64,000 bases of DNA from Eledone cirrhosa (GCA_964016885.1 OZ024747.1:58962001-59026000), one strand, 5' to 3'. Shown: positions 13,377 to 27,295, numbered from the stretch's first letter. Program-made: numbers and translations. The notes: generated from the letters alone by a model not told the origin.

Positions 13377-13702
13377 AACCACTTCTATATATATATATAT
13401 ATATATATGGGGAGTGTAACTTGGAGTTGCTGTAGGTTCACCCGGGTTAGCACTCGATGTTTAGGTTCACTTCTGTGTCGAGGTGTAGAGCTTATCTTTT
13501 CAATATATATATATATATATATGCATTAGTGCGGTAGAAACTCGAGTCCAGGAACCTTATAGGCACCCGTTTTACGTGTGTTGTGTTGAGGCAAATAACT
13601 ATGTGTATACTCTGGTAATGTATCTGTTCTTACATTGCCCATTGAGTGCGCTGAGATACAACCAGTACTGGCATTGATAAATATGCTGGGTCCGTCAACC
13701 CT

Positions 13703-13764
<62 letters not shown>

Positions 13765-13770
<6 letters not shown>

Positions 13771-13993
13771 AAAAAGAGATGAAATCGAAAATGCAACTGG
13801 AGTCTTATTTTTTTTTTTTTTTTTTTTTTTTTTAAATATATATATTTTTATTTGGTTCCTTTACCGGTTTCGCAGTTCTTCTGCTTTTCAAAAGGTGAGT
13901 TGAGATGAGTATATATTTAAAAAAAATAAAAAATAAAAAAAAATAAAAAAAATAAAACTCGTTGCATTTTCGATTTCATCTCTTTTTCTTTAT
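13765..13993 (-). ncRNA. Inverted repeat enclosing a U3-A8 variant hammerhead (13858-13895)
   Basis: Minus strand: CCTT-TTGAAAA-GCAG-AAGAA-CTGC-GAAA-CCGG-TA-AAGG; arms ~13765-13841 and ~13910-13993. Confidence 0.75.
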
Positions 13994-14047
13994 ACTTTCA
14001 ATCGTGTAGGACACCGGTTATTTTTCAATTTGTAAAAAAAAACTCAC

Positions 14048-14204
<157 letters not shown>

Positions 14205-14529
14205 TGTGTGTGTGTGTATTTGTGTATATATATATGTGTGTGTGTGTATTCAAACAACCCATAGCGAAACGTATTCGGAAAAGAAGGAAAGACCGTGAAA
14301 ATATGTTTCCCTGTGTTGGTAAGTTGAAGAACCAGTATTGTTTCAGACGGGGAAATATACGAATTACTTATTGTGGTATATCATGCTGTGATAAGTCATG
14401 TACAAACACAGCCACATGCATACAAATATAGAGAGATACATACATACATACCTACATAGATATGTACATACATTTAAATATACAAATATGTTTGTGTCAT
14501 GGTGTGCGCATGCCATTGCGTAGGTACGC

Positions 14530-14647
<118 letters not shown>

Positions 14648-14742
14648 GATATAGATATATACGCGCGCATACACATATATACACACAGACCCTTGCCTAC
14701 GCAATGGCATATATATAAATACACACACACACACACATACAC

Positions 14743-14790
<48 letters not shown>

Positions 14791-14837
14791 GTGTGTGTGT
14801 GTTTCGATTTTTACTCCTTTGGACAGCGTTTGACTTA

Positions 14838-14945
14838 TGTCAGACGTTGTGACCCCGAAAGGACCAGCAGTACCGTTTGTAAGGGTCGAAACTTCCCAAG
14901 TCCATCTCTAAGGCCGGTGACCATGGAGTTCTGTGTCCGTTTGTA
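14838..14945 (+). repeat. Dispersed repeat with a hammerhead-like 3' half and a non-canonical (C/T)TGTGA core
   Basis: AGACG-TTGTGA-CCCC...GGGTC-GAAA-CTT-CCC-AAG-TC-CATCT; homologues at 15662-15840 and 28452-28630. Confidence 0.55.
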
Positions 14946-15047
14946 TATCTCCTCGTAAATATATATGCAAGTATATGTGGTTGTATATTTATATATAGGT
15001 ATGTATGTGTGTTATGTATTCTCCCCCCCCCTCCCTCTCTCTCTCTG

Positions 15048-15088
<41 letters not shown>

Positions 15089-15158
15089 GCACACACGTAT
15101 GTTTGTGCAAATGCATGTGGTCAGGTGGTTTGTGTATTTGACTCACGATATTATATGG

Positions 15159-15299
15159 TTTCTTATGTAGGCACAAGGCCAGCAATTTGGGGGGGGAGGG
15201 AAAAGTCGATGAACTCGACACCAGTGCGTGACTGGTACTTTATTTTATCGACCCCGTAAGAATGAAAGGCAAAGTTAACCTCGGCGGGATTTGAACTCA
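15159..15299 (-). mobile_element. Meta/MESC-like SINE inserted into a V-like SINE, 19-bp TSD
   Basis: GACTCACGATATTATATGG at 15140-15158 and 15300-15318. Confidence 0.85.
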
Positions 15300-15580
15300 G
15301 ACTCACGATATTATATGGACGTTGGTTCTATTCCTGGACCGAAAGGTGTGGCCTGTAATTAAACGAAATACAAAGTGCCGTTCAACCTTCCGCCAGGTGT
15401 TGTGACCGGGTGACAGTATCATCAATGGGAACATTGCTTCCTCGGTCAGCACTGAGAAGTATTACTATCATTTTTTTATTTTTGCATCAGTTAGAAAATA
15501 TTTCATATGCCAGTGAAAACTCGTGATTTTGCTGTATACATATAAATATACGTGGTGTGTGTTGAGGTATTTGTCTACAC

Positions 15581-15641
<61 letters not shown>

Positions 15642-15845
15642 TATATATATATATATATATATAACGCTGTGACCCCGGATGGACTAACAATACCGTTTGG
15701 TAGTAGTCGAAGCTGCCAAAGTCCATCTCAAAGGCCGGTGCCCTTGGGTTGTATATATATTTTATAATAATATTTTCTTAAGGTGTCCCCATAAAAAGTT
15801 GTTTTTCGTTCATTGTCTTGTCCTTTCTTTTTTAATTTTCTTAAG

Positions 15846-15914
<69 letters not shown>

Positions 15915-15988
15915 ATATATACATATATATACGCACAAATGTATACATGTATATGTATATATACTCATACATATATATATGTACACAC

Positions 15989-16025
<37 letters not shown>

Positions 16026-16170
16026 GACGGAAAGAGAGAGAGGGGTGTATATGGTGCTAAGACCGGGAAGACCACTAATCATGGAAGTACTCAATGAATG
16101 GGGAACTACAGAGCGTATATAGAGATTTTACACATTTCTCCATCTTTCTTTCTCTCTCTCTTCTTGTGCG

Positions 16171-16194
<24 letters not shown>

Positions 16195-16201
<7 letters not shown>

Positions 16202-16582
16202 TAATAAAACAAAGAATAAAAACAAAGAAACAGTTCCTTATATTAAAAAATTCATCATTTTACGATCGTTTCTAGGATATATATGTGTGTGTTGGTATGT
16301 ATATCATATAGATCTATGTAAACATTTTACAAACTATCAGAGGGAATATACATACCTACACATATATATGCTGTCTTCAGAAATAATCATTATTTCTGAA
16401 GACAGCATATATATGTGTAGGTATGTATATTCCCTCTGATAGTTTGTAAAACTTTTACATAGATCTATATGATATACATACCAACACACACATATATATC
16501 CTAGAAACAATCGTAAAATGATGAATTTTTTTAATATAAGGAACTGTTTCTTTGTTTTTATTCATTATTTTTATTAATTTAT
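16195..16582. ncRNA. ~390-bp near-perfect palindrome; each arm is a hammerhead motif with a ~100-nt helix II
   Basis: Centre at 16388; + strand 16388-16523 CATTATTT-CTGAAGA-[101-nt hairpin]-GAAA-CAATCG-TA-AAATGATG; the left arm keeps palindromic ACGATCGT. Confidence 0.8.
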
Positions 16583-16720
16583 CTTGACTCTGTTTTCCTG
16601 TGTTTTTCATCGAAAAAATGTTGAATACATCTTCTCTTTTCATGATATTTGGATTACATTGGGTTCTTCATACGGATTGGACACTACCATGTATTTTGGT
16701 AGATTTATCTACATATATAA

Positions 16721-16752
<32 letters not shown>

Positions 16753-17052
16753 TTAGAATATATGTGTACTTGTGAAAGTGTTCCAGTAAATACAGTATAT
16801 TTGGAACTTTACATCCGTTTGTGAGTGTGTGCAAGGAGAGTACAAATCTGTATCTGTGTGTCCGTGAGGAAGAGAGACGAAACCATATGAACGGTGTGTT
16901 GCTCTATGGGAGTAACGTTATAAAGGGAGGGAGATAGAGAAGTGAGGGAACTGCTTTTTTTTCTTCGTGCTGATGGAGGTGTATATATTTATTATTTGTA
17001 GGTACATTTGAGAAACATATCTAAGCCGGATCTATATACTTATGTGTGTGTG

Positions 17053-17056
<4 letters not shown>

Positions 17057-17125
<69 letters not shown>

Positions 17126-17541
17126 TATGTATGTATATATATATATATTTATATATATATATATATAAAAATATATGTATGTATATATATATATATTTAT
17201 ATATATAAAAATATATGTATGTATATATATATATATATGAATATATGTATGTATATATATATATATATGAATATATGTATGTATGTATATATATATATGA
17301 ATATGTATATATAAATATATGTATGTATATATTGTATATATATATATAAATATATGTATTATATATATATATAAATATATGTATGTATATATATATATAA
17401 ATATATGTATGTATATATATATATAAATATATGTATGTATATATATATATAAATATATGTATATATATATATATATATATGTATGTAGGTATGTATATAT
17501 ATATATATATATAAATATATGTATATATATATATACATAGA

Positions 17542-17573
<32 letters not shown>

Positions 17574-17574
17574 A

Positions 17575-17625
<51 letters not shown>

Positions 17626-17938
17626 TATGTATATATATATATATACATAAATATATGTATATATATATATATATATAAGTATATATATATATATATAAAA
17701 TATATGTATGTATATATATATATAAAATATATGTATGTATATATATATAAAAAATATATGTATGTATATATATATAAAAATATATGTATATATATATATA
17801 AATATATGTACGTATATATATATATATATAAATATATGTACGTATATATATATATATATATATATAAATATATGTATGTATATATATATATATATACATA
17901 TATATACATATATATACATATATATACATACATATATT

Positions 17939-17960
<22 letters not shown>
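17057..17960. repeat. Compound (TA)n/(TATG)n microsatellite with higher-order units
   Basis: Direct inspection; recurring AAATATATGTATG(TA)n unit. Confidence 0.95.
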
Positions 17961-17973
<13 letters not shown>

Positions 17974-17989
17974 TGAGAGAGAGAGAGAG

Positions 17990-18066
17990 AGACATGGCAG
18001 CGAAAATGAGGGACAGAGACCGCTGGAGAGAACTCGTCCATGGATCTCGGGAATTTTACCCGCCTT

Positions 18067-18070
<4 letters not shown>
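17990..18070 (+). mobile_element. Short RTE-like LINE 3' end
   Basis: Translation [24 protein letters not shown] has the DRxxWR motif typical of RTE C-termini. Confidence 0.45.
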
Positions 18071-18113
<43 letters not shown>

Positions 18114-18135
18114 GATAGATAGATATATAGATACA

Positions 18136-18188
<53 letters not shown>

Positions 18189-18224
18189 ATATATATTTTA
18201 TATATATATATAAATATATGTATG

Positions 18225-18292
<68 letters not shown>

Positions 18293-18297
<5 letters not shown>

Positions 18298-18810
18298 ATA
18301 CTCTGGGAGGGTCATGTTGCCAATAAGAAACACACGCACCAGACGCTCTCACTTCAATTTATTATAATAAATTTATAAATTTAGGAATTTATAAATTTCC
18401 GGTTGGTTGGTTCCACAACCAGATGGTTGTTTATATATTGTCAAAGTTCTTTCGTCACACATTCTGTGACCTCTTTAGTGACTGGGGATTATTTTCTTTG
18501 TTTTTTGTGCCTCTCCTTTGTTCTGTCCTATGCCATCTTGTTTTTGTGTGTGTGTTGTGTGCTTAGTTTGCGTATGTGTTACATCCGGGTGTCTGTGTGT
18601 GTTTATATTCGTTTATTTATTTGTTTATTTACATGTTACTAGTTGATTGTTTGTTCTATTAGCATGTTGGTAGAGTACAGATGATTCTTTACTATCTTGA
18701 AGGTCTCGCCAGTGTTCATTTATCCGTTCCCCTATACTACGAGCTGTCTCACCTATGTACACTATATTTTTATCTCTACATTGACCTTCAGTACATCTTA
18801 TGCTATAAGA
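18293..18810 (-). mobile_element. Penelope-like element 3' end: GIY-YIG endonuclease fragment, 3' region with hammerhead, and tail
   Basis: Minus [35 protein letters not shown]...VLYQH (18650-18807); degenerate hammerhead 18440-18482 (CTAAAGA); AATAAA near the end; homologue at 52070-52470. Confidence 0.85.
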
Positions 18811-18834
18811 TGTACGGAAGGACAATATAAGATG

Positions 18835-18948
18835 TACTGAAGTCGCTGGCTGGACTAAAAAGTCACACTTGTTCAGCGCATCGGTAGGGGTTCTCCTACA
18901 TGGATATAAAGTAGTGGCCGTACTCGAAAACGAATTGGCAGCCACCAT
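18835..18948 (+). mobile_element. 5'-truncated copy of the short RTE-derived element (see 45731-46278)
   Basis: Near-identical to 46168-46278. Confidence 0.8.
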
Positions 18949-18951
18949 ATT

Positions 18952-18982
<31 letters not shown>

Positions 18983-19271
18983 ATATGTATGTATATATAT
19001 ATATATGTATATATGTATATGTGTGTGTATATGTATATGTGTATATGTATATATGTGTGTATATGTGTATATATATGTGTATGTGTGTGTGTATGTATGC
19101 ATGCGTATATATATGTGTGTGTATGTGTATATGTATGTATGTATGTGTATGTATGTGTATGTATATATATATATATGTATATATATGTGTATATATGTAT
19201 ATATATATATATATGTATGTATGTGTGTGGATGTGTGTGTCTGTGTGTGTGTGGTTGTGAATGTGTCTGTT

Positions 19272-19690
19272 GACACCTGGAATATAGCTTGAGAGAAACT
19301 TGAAGATAATGGTATGATAGGCACTCAATATTTTGAACTGGTGTATAGAATTCTCTAGAGCTTTGTCACTCTAAGTAGAAATTTAAAGAATTAGCTTTTA
19401 AAGAATTTCCATTTTCTTTAAATCCATCAACCATGACCGACCCCCAACGATCTTATAGACACCTGAAATATAGGCAATGTTAGCTTAAGAGAAATTTAAA
19501 TATAAGGAGTGGTACCCCATTCTGAACTTGTATATAGAACTCTTTCTGCCTTTGTTACTCTAAATATAAATTTATAAATTATAGCTTTAAAGAATTAGCT
19601 TTTAATAAATTCCCTTTTCTATCAACCAATGACCTCTACCCATCCCACTCCCCACCCTCTCCTACCACCTGAAGAGACCTATAAATACCA
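19272..19690 (+). repeat. Two diverged ~190-210-bp tandem units preceding a hammerhead
   Basis: Units begin (A/C)CACCTG(G/A)A at 19273, 19459 and 19665, and share TAGCTT.AGAGAAA, TGAACT.GT.TATAGAA and TTTAAAGAATTAGCTTTTAA. Confidence 0.65.
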
Positions 19691-19709
19691 TATTTATTTT
19701 TTGATACCA

Positions 19710-19760
19710 AGATTCCTGATGATTTCTAAAGAATGAAACAGTTCTAGTCCTGTAGAATCT
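19710..19760 (+). ncRNA. Type I hammerhead ribozyme motif
   Basis: AGATTC-CTGATGA-TTTC-TAAA-GAAT-GAAA-CAG-TTCTAGTC-CTG-TA-GAATCT; identical to the arms at 39577-39714. Confidence 0.8.
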
Positions 19761-19794
19761 CATCTATATTTTAAAAAAAATATATATATGTATA

Positions 19795-19836
<42 letters not shown>

Positions 19837-19869
19837 ATATTTACAATATTTATATATAATATATATATA

Positions 19870-19965
19870 TAATTGTTTCTAATTTAGGTACAGTGTGTTA
19901 CTGGTACTTTATTTTATCGACCCCGTAAGGATGAAAAAAAGAGCTAACCTCGGTGGGATTAGAAT
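19870..19965 (-). mobile_element. Meta/MESC-like SINE, truncated
   Basis: TACTGGTACTTTATTTTATCGACCCCGTAAGGATGAAA. Confidence 0.75.
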
Positions 19966-20048
19966 ATCTAATGTGTGTGTGCATGTGTTTGTATGTATAT
20001 ATGTATAGAGACACACACAAGGATGTGTATGTAGATATGTGTCTTTGT

Positions 20049-20093
<45 letters not shown>

Positions 20094-20096
20094 CAA

Positions 20097-20129
<33 letters not shown>

Positions 20130-20190
20130 GACAAATATATATATATGCACACACACACAGACAAATATATATATATATATATCTACACAC

Positions 20191-20230
<40 letters not shown>

Positions 20231-20699
20231 TCACACACACAAATATATATATACATATATACATACTTACACACAAACACACATATAGGTGTGTGTGTGT
20301 ATAGCTATCCACTCCTGCACACACAAACACACTCACAGACATACTTATATATGAAAGTTATAGAGGGGTCTTCGACAACACTCGAGCTGACCTGCTAAAT
20401 ATAGCAGCAATATCTTCCTCATATGACACCGTTCCCACTTCAGACTTATTGCATAATGTATTCCACGGTACACTATATCTGAAAAAAGACTAGATAATCA
20501 CAGATAGGATCCTTTTAATCATAGGTCTGCTCGATCAACCCTGTCAAGGGGCTAAAGATCGGCAAAAAATTCTTCAATTAGACATAGCAGCCAAATCATC
20601 TTCAAATTTGCCATGGCTAGGAAACTAACCGCGTCGAAGATATATTAATAATTATTTCATTTATTGTCCACAAGGGCCAAGGTTATATTAATAATAAGA

Positions 20700-21120
20700 A
20701 TAATTGTTTCTACTTTAGGCACAAGGCCAGCAATTACCCAGTGCATTACTGGTACTTTATTTTATCGACCCCGTAAGGATGAAAGGCAAAGTCATTCTGA
20801 TTTAGGTACAAGGGAAGACATTGTTGGGTGAGTGGAAAGTCGATTAAATCGACTCCAGTGTCTTACTGGTGCTTTATTTTATCGAGCCCGCAAAGCTAGC
20901 CTCGGCGGGATTTGAACGCAGAATGTAAAGGGCCGTAACCTTCTGCCAATCCACCGCCCTAATAATAATAATTTCTACTATAGGCACACAAGGCCAGTAA
21001 TTTGGAGGAAGGGGAAAGTCGATTAAATCGACCGCAATATGTTACTGGTACTTTATTTTATCGACCTCGTAAGGATGAAAGGCAAAGTTAACCTCGGCGG
21101 CATTAGAACTCACACCGCCC
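20700..21120 (-). mobile_element. Three tandem Meta/MESC-like SINE copies
   Basis: Core repeated at ~20700-20793, ~20794-20962 and ~20970-21120, separated by (AAT)n tails. Confidence 0.8.
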
Positions 21121-21729
21121 TAATAAGAATAATAGTAGTTGTAATACTACCACATGCTACTGGGATTTAAACTTAGAACATTTATACATCATGCTGGCAT
21201 ATAAATAAGTAAATAATTGTTGATCTTCTCTCTCTTTTACTCACTGCCTCGGTCTCTCTCGCTCTCTCCATCTTACACTATTATGAACAAATAGGGATCC
21301 ACGCGCTGGCCACCACACAGCCCCGGCGGACAGAATAGAGAATGCGTTTCCCCCAGAGGTTGGTGAGGGAGACGCGTTGGAAAAAGCCTTCTAGCCCCTT
21401 AAAAACAAGCACATATTGGACGATAAATCTCTAGATACATTGCAGTCGAACCTAAATGTGATATTCAAGGTAGAATGAATAGGACAGGTTGATCAGGGCT
21501 GTCCCGTGGCTAAAATAACATCAACATGTATACACATCTATGTATATTGTTTCTAAATATTTGCTGTTACTCCGGTCATCTATAAATACATATTTAATGT
21601 ATGTATATTGTTTTGTTTTATTGAATATTAAACACTCGCTTCTGTGTATATATATATATATATATGAAGCAGTAAGGATGTGTGTGTTTATTTGCGTTAA
21701 CATATATTATTAACTCATACAAATACATG

Positions 21730-21762
<33 letters not shown>

Positions 21763-21885
21763 GGAGAGGCTCGATTCCCCGTAGAGACCGCTTGCCACTT
21801 TATCCCGCCTGTAAGGAAATTTACCCGTTTTTCTAAGCTATTTATAGCAACCAAAATATTTATAATTATTTTCTGAATTTCCTAC

Positions 21886-21975
<90 letters not shown>

Positions 21976-22499
21976 GGGTGGGTGTGCCCGTGAGTACTTG
22001 TAAGGGTGTGTGGTTAGGTGCTGTTGAAGGTAAGGACGTGACTTCAATTCCCGGATCGGGTGACGCTATTTCAGTTGGTCTAATTCACACACCAGAAAAT
22101 CACGAGTTGTAACATCACTAGTGTAAAGCTTCATTTATCATTTTTTTTTTTTTTTTTTTTTTTTTGACCATATCGGTGCCAGGTAGATTGGTGACTAGCA
22201 TGCATGGACGACTGGTGGTCTTCCACAAAACACTTTGTTTACGGTTGCAACTTGGAAGGGATATTTCCAGGTAAAAGCCGATCGTGTATAAGTCATTTCC
22301 ATATAAAATAAATGTTTATTCTCTACTAACTTGTTCAGTATATTAAGTGTGCTCCCTTTCCCGATCTCCTTCGGAATACCATCGCTATTTCTTATTATAT
22401 ATATATATATACATATATATGCATTATTGTCAATGTCCTTTCACACCCACCTTACACTTATCAAAATCCTTTTACATAGGAAGGAGGTGAGACCTTAAC

Positions 22500-23050
22500 C
22501 ATGTCTCATCTTCTCTCTGTATTCTACCTCACAGAGGCTCTCATTGGTTTCTTCTTGGGCTTGCGTAGCATGAGGCCAAGTATCTTCTGTCATCTTACGA
22601 TGATGGCTTCCAGTAGATTACTCAGCACAGTTCTTTTCGGAGTTTTTTTTCATTCGTGATGTGATTGCACCAAGAAATTCTTAGTAGAGTCCTAAGGCAA
22701 AGTTTCTTGACGAAATCTACAGTTCATTAGATACAACTGGTGGTTTTCAGCGTCTCCCAAACAAACGACCGTCGATATAATGATTGGTGTTTTCAGACGG
22801 GGTTTGATTCCTTGATCGATGAAGGAGTTGGATCATACAGGCTGCAGTTGCTGATCGACTGATACAGCTTCGACGAATTTTTTCCATCATTGGCGAGGAA
22901 ACTGCCCATATATGGGACGTTGTCAATGGTTTCCAGAGACTGACCCTCCAGCCAGATGCTATGTTTATGTGCCTCTTCAATAATCATCCTTTTTCTCTTT
23001 CCATTGCTGATCCGAAGACCAACATTTGAGCCACAATTGCTGTGACTGAT
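22500..23050 (-). mobile_element. RTE-clade LINE reverse transcriptase fragment (pseudogenised)
   Basis: SNVGLRISNGKRKRM...IWLEGQSLETIDNVPYMGSFLANDG matches the RT C-terminal pattern GLxIxxxKTKxM...LExVxxFxYLGS. Confidence 0.75.
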
Positions 23051-24439
23051 AACCATACTTGACATTACCGTATAATACAGAAGACGTTCTTTAAATTTGG
23101 AAGGACACATTGGATAATATTGTCTAAAATACAGCATAACTGATAATCAGTTTCTACAGGTGAAACACCTTTCATTTTACGTCTGGTCAAACAATATTTA
23201 TCTGTTGTTAAACTACAAAATCGTAAGAGGCGAATTGGCAGATGTGTTAGAACGTTAGATAGAATGATACGCTCTGGGTTGGAATCCTTTCGAGGTCAAC
23301 TTTGTCATTCATTCTTTAGAAGTTTATAACACAAAATACCAGTCCAGTACTGGGGGTCGATTGTTCTTCTCTCTCTGGAGGAAATCAGCCTTGTTGACTG
23401 AAATGAAGATGGGTGGGATGTGCCTTGTATGTCACATCGGGGCTCTTACGACATCATCGGGGGTAACAGGTCCATACAAACACTAATGTATTCCGAATAG
23501 TTTCCTCTACTTGGTTATGATAGTCATAAGGTTTCTGTCAGAGGTGGATTAATTGATCGAGTCCTTTAAATGAGGGCGGGTTATATCCACCCCTCTCTTA
23601 ACCCGCATTGATGCCCTTCGTATTCGGTAAAGTTGCTAGAATTTCGAATTAAACCATTTATTCCAGCCAATGATGTATATTTTCCACGGTGTTTTGTTCT
23701 TAGTTCGTTCGTTCCGCTTAAACAGGAGCATAGTGATGTCGTTATGTATGTTGATCTGTACGGCTATATAGATGTTTGCCTGTATGTGGTACTGTGTGGT
23801 GATGTAGGTATGTATGTGTCTGCTTATATGAATGTATAAGTGTATATAGCTGTCTGTATAAATGATAAGTGGGTGTTTCTATATGGATATGTGAGTGTAT
23901 ATAGGTGTCTGTGTGTCTAAAACTATCTAGCTACAAGTCTTTGTGTGTGTAAGTGTATTTCTATGTGTAAATGTATGTAAGTGTCTATATGTAAAGTTAT
24001 TAGTGTATATAGCTATCTATATGTACGTGGATGTGTAAGAATATGTAGCTTCTATATATATATATATATATATATATAGTATTACTGTATGGGTATGTAT
24101 ATGTGTATGTAGTTGTCTGTACGTACGAAAGTGTATTTTCCTGTCTGTCTATATGTGGCTGAATATGTGTACATGGGTGTGTGTATATGGGTATGGAATT
24201 ATGTATATATCGGAGTGCATTTATCTACGCCTGCCTGTCAATATACGGGGTGTAGGATGATGTGATTGGGAGTCTGTATGTGAGTTAGTATAGTGAGTGT
24301 ATATATATATAATATACAGATTTGTCTGGTTATATGTGGGTGTATACAGCTTTAGCTGTGCTCCAATTCTTTATACTAATCTTCTCAAATAGAATTGCGT
24401 TAATTCTAAAGAAAGTCGTCGAAATAGAGTTACATACAT

Positions 24440-25220
24440 GCCTACTTACATATATCGATGCATGCATATATATACATATATACATGTACACATACATATA
24501 TATACATGTATACATACATATATACATATATACACGTGTATACATATATATATATAAATGTATACATACATATCTATACATGTATACATACATGTATACA
24601 TACATATATATATATACATTCATATAAATATTAATATATATATATATATATACATTCATATAAATATATATATATATATACATTCATATATATATATATA
24701 TACATTTATATATATATATATGTATATATATATATACATTCATATATATATATATATATATACATTCATATATATATATATATATATATATACATTCATA
24801 TATATATATATATATATATATATACATTCATATATATATATATATATATATACATTCATATATATATATATATATACATTCATATATATATATATATATA
24901 CATTCATATATATATATATATACATTCATATATATATATATATATATATACATTCATATATATATATATATATATATATACATTCATATATATATATATA
25001 CATTCATATATATATATATATATATACATTCATATAAATATATATATATTCATATAAATATATATATATTCATATAAATATATATATATATATATATTCA
25101 TATAAATATATATATATATATATATATTCATATAAATATATATATATATATACATTCATATAAATATATATATATATATACATTCATATGAATATATATA
25201 TATATATATATATATATACA

Positions 25221-25272
<52 letters not shown>

Positions 25273-25282
25273 TATCTATACA

Positions 25283-25338
<56 letters not shown>

Positions 25339-25363
25339 TATCTATACATTCATATATATATAA

Positions 25364-25394
<31 letters not shown>

Positions 25395-25424
25395 TCTATA
25401 CATTCATATATATATAAATATATA

Positions 25425-25458
<34 letters not shown>

Positions 25459-25520
25459 CATTCATATATATTATAAATATATATATATATATATGTATAC
25501 ATATATATATATATATACAT
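24440..25520. repeat. (TA)n microsatellite with recurring CATTCA interruption
   Basis: Direct inspection. Confidence 0.95.
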
Positions 25521-25964
25521 TCATATTTATTAGAATAACAGATTAAAGTTTAAGCAAAGAATCGCTGCTTTCACCCTTAACGGGATCTTCAAATTTATTA
25601 TTATTACTATATATATATATGTATACATACATACATATATATATATATACATTCGTATAAATATATACATATATATATACATTCATATAAATATATATGT
25701 ATATGTATACATACATATATATATATATATATTCATATAAATATATATATATATATATATACACACAGAAAAACACATATATATATATATATACACACAT
25801 ATATATACCTTGTATGAACTCACGTGCACACATACATACACATATATATATATATGTGTGTGTGTATGTGTGTGTGAGAAGAGAGTGGATAAAGAAAGAG
25901 AGGGGGAGAAAGTGAAAGGCAATAGTAATTATGTACGTGTGTCTGTATTTATGTATTTGGGTAG

Positions 25965-26051
25965 ATATATATATATATGTGTGATTGTGTGTGTGTATGT
26001 GTGAGTATCTATCTATACATATATATATATATGTGTGTGTGTGTGTGTATT

Positions 26052-26096
<45 letters not shown>

Positions 26097-26720
26097 TTTT
26101 ATATATATGTGTGTGTGTGTGTGTGTGTATTTATATATATGTGTGTGTGTGTGTGTGTGTATTTATATATATGTGTGTGTGTGTGTGTGTGTATTTATAT
26201 ATATGTGTGTGTGTGTGTGTGTGTATTTATACATATATATATGTATATGTGTGTGTATTTATATATATATATATATGTTTGTGTGTGTATTTATATATAT
26301 ATATATATGTATATGTGTGTGTGTATTTATATATATATATGTGTGTGTCTGTGTGTTTATATATATATATATATATATGTGCGTGCGTGTGTATATTTAT
26401 ATATATATATGTATGTATGTGTGTGTGTGTATTTATATATATATGTATATGTGTGTGTATTTATATATATATATATATATATGTGTTTGTGTATTTATAC
26501 ATATGTGTGTGCATTTATATATATATATGTGTGTGTGTTTGTGTATTTATCTATATATGTGTGTGTGTATTTATATATATATATATGTGTGTGTGTGTGT
26601 TTGTGTATTTATATAAGTGTGCGTGCGTGTGTGTGTATTTATATATATATGTGTGTGTGTGTGTGTTTGTGTATTTATATAAGTGTGCGTGCGTGCGTGT
26701 GTGTGTGTGTGTGTGTATTT
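25965..26720. repeat. Compound (TA)n(TG)n array
   Basis: Direct inspection. Confidence 0.95.
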
Positions 26721-27075
26721 TTGGTACTGCCTGATATAAATGCCGTTCTTCGAAAGCCGCGCCGAGTTTAATCCGCCGCGAACTGCTAGAAACAGGGGTA
26801 GGAACGGATGAAAAATAATGGTAAAGATTCACTATTCGGTTCGGTATCCTACGAAGAATTCGGTCAATGTATGTTGTTGTATGAAGAAGCCAGTAAAACA
26901 AGGTAAAACAGACGGAGCGGAGATGAACTCTTTACTCTTTAATCTCCATACACAACTACAAACAGCTTAAATACTTCTGGGGAGATAGGTGTGTCGAATT
27001 AAGAACATATGCACTTATAGAAGTACACAGACACACGCACTCGCAGGCGCGCACGCTAGGCAGGCAAATGGACGC

Positions 27076-27136
<61 letters not shown>

Positions 27137-27139
27137 AAA

Positions 27140-27290
27140 ATGGAACGGGAACAAAACAGAGAGGCAGTACAAACAAAGGTTTATTAGTTTTACGCTCTTG
27201 TTAGTGGGGGAACGAAGGAGTTGTGGTAAGGAAGCAGATGGAAATAGCCGTAGAAACGGCTTGAGCTCTGCTGTCGGGGTCGTACATTTT

Positions 27291-27295
<5 letters not shown>
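27140..27295. repeat. Composite of two Penelope-like tail fragments
   Basis: 27145-27200 matches 53930-53990; 27210-27295 matches the 39865-40070 family (GAAACGGCTTGAGCTC..CTGTCGGGGTC). Confidence 0.65.

Noticed and set aside
18625-18948. 107-aa ORF as a novel gene
   Set aside because: Fortuitous fusion of an antisense RTE-derivative end with a Penelope-like GIY-YIG fragment
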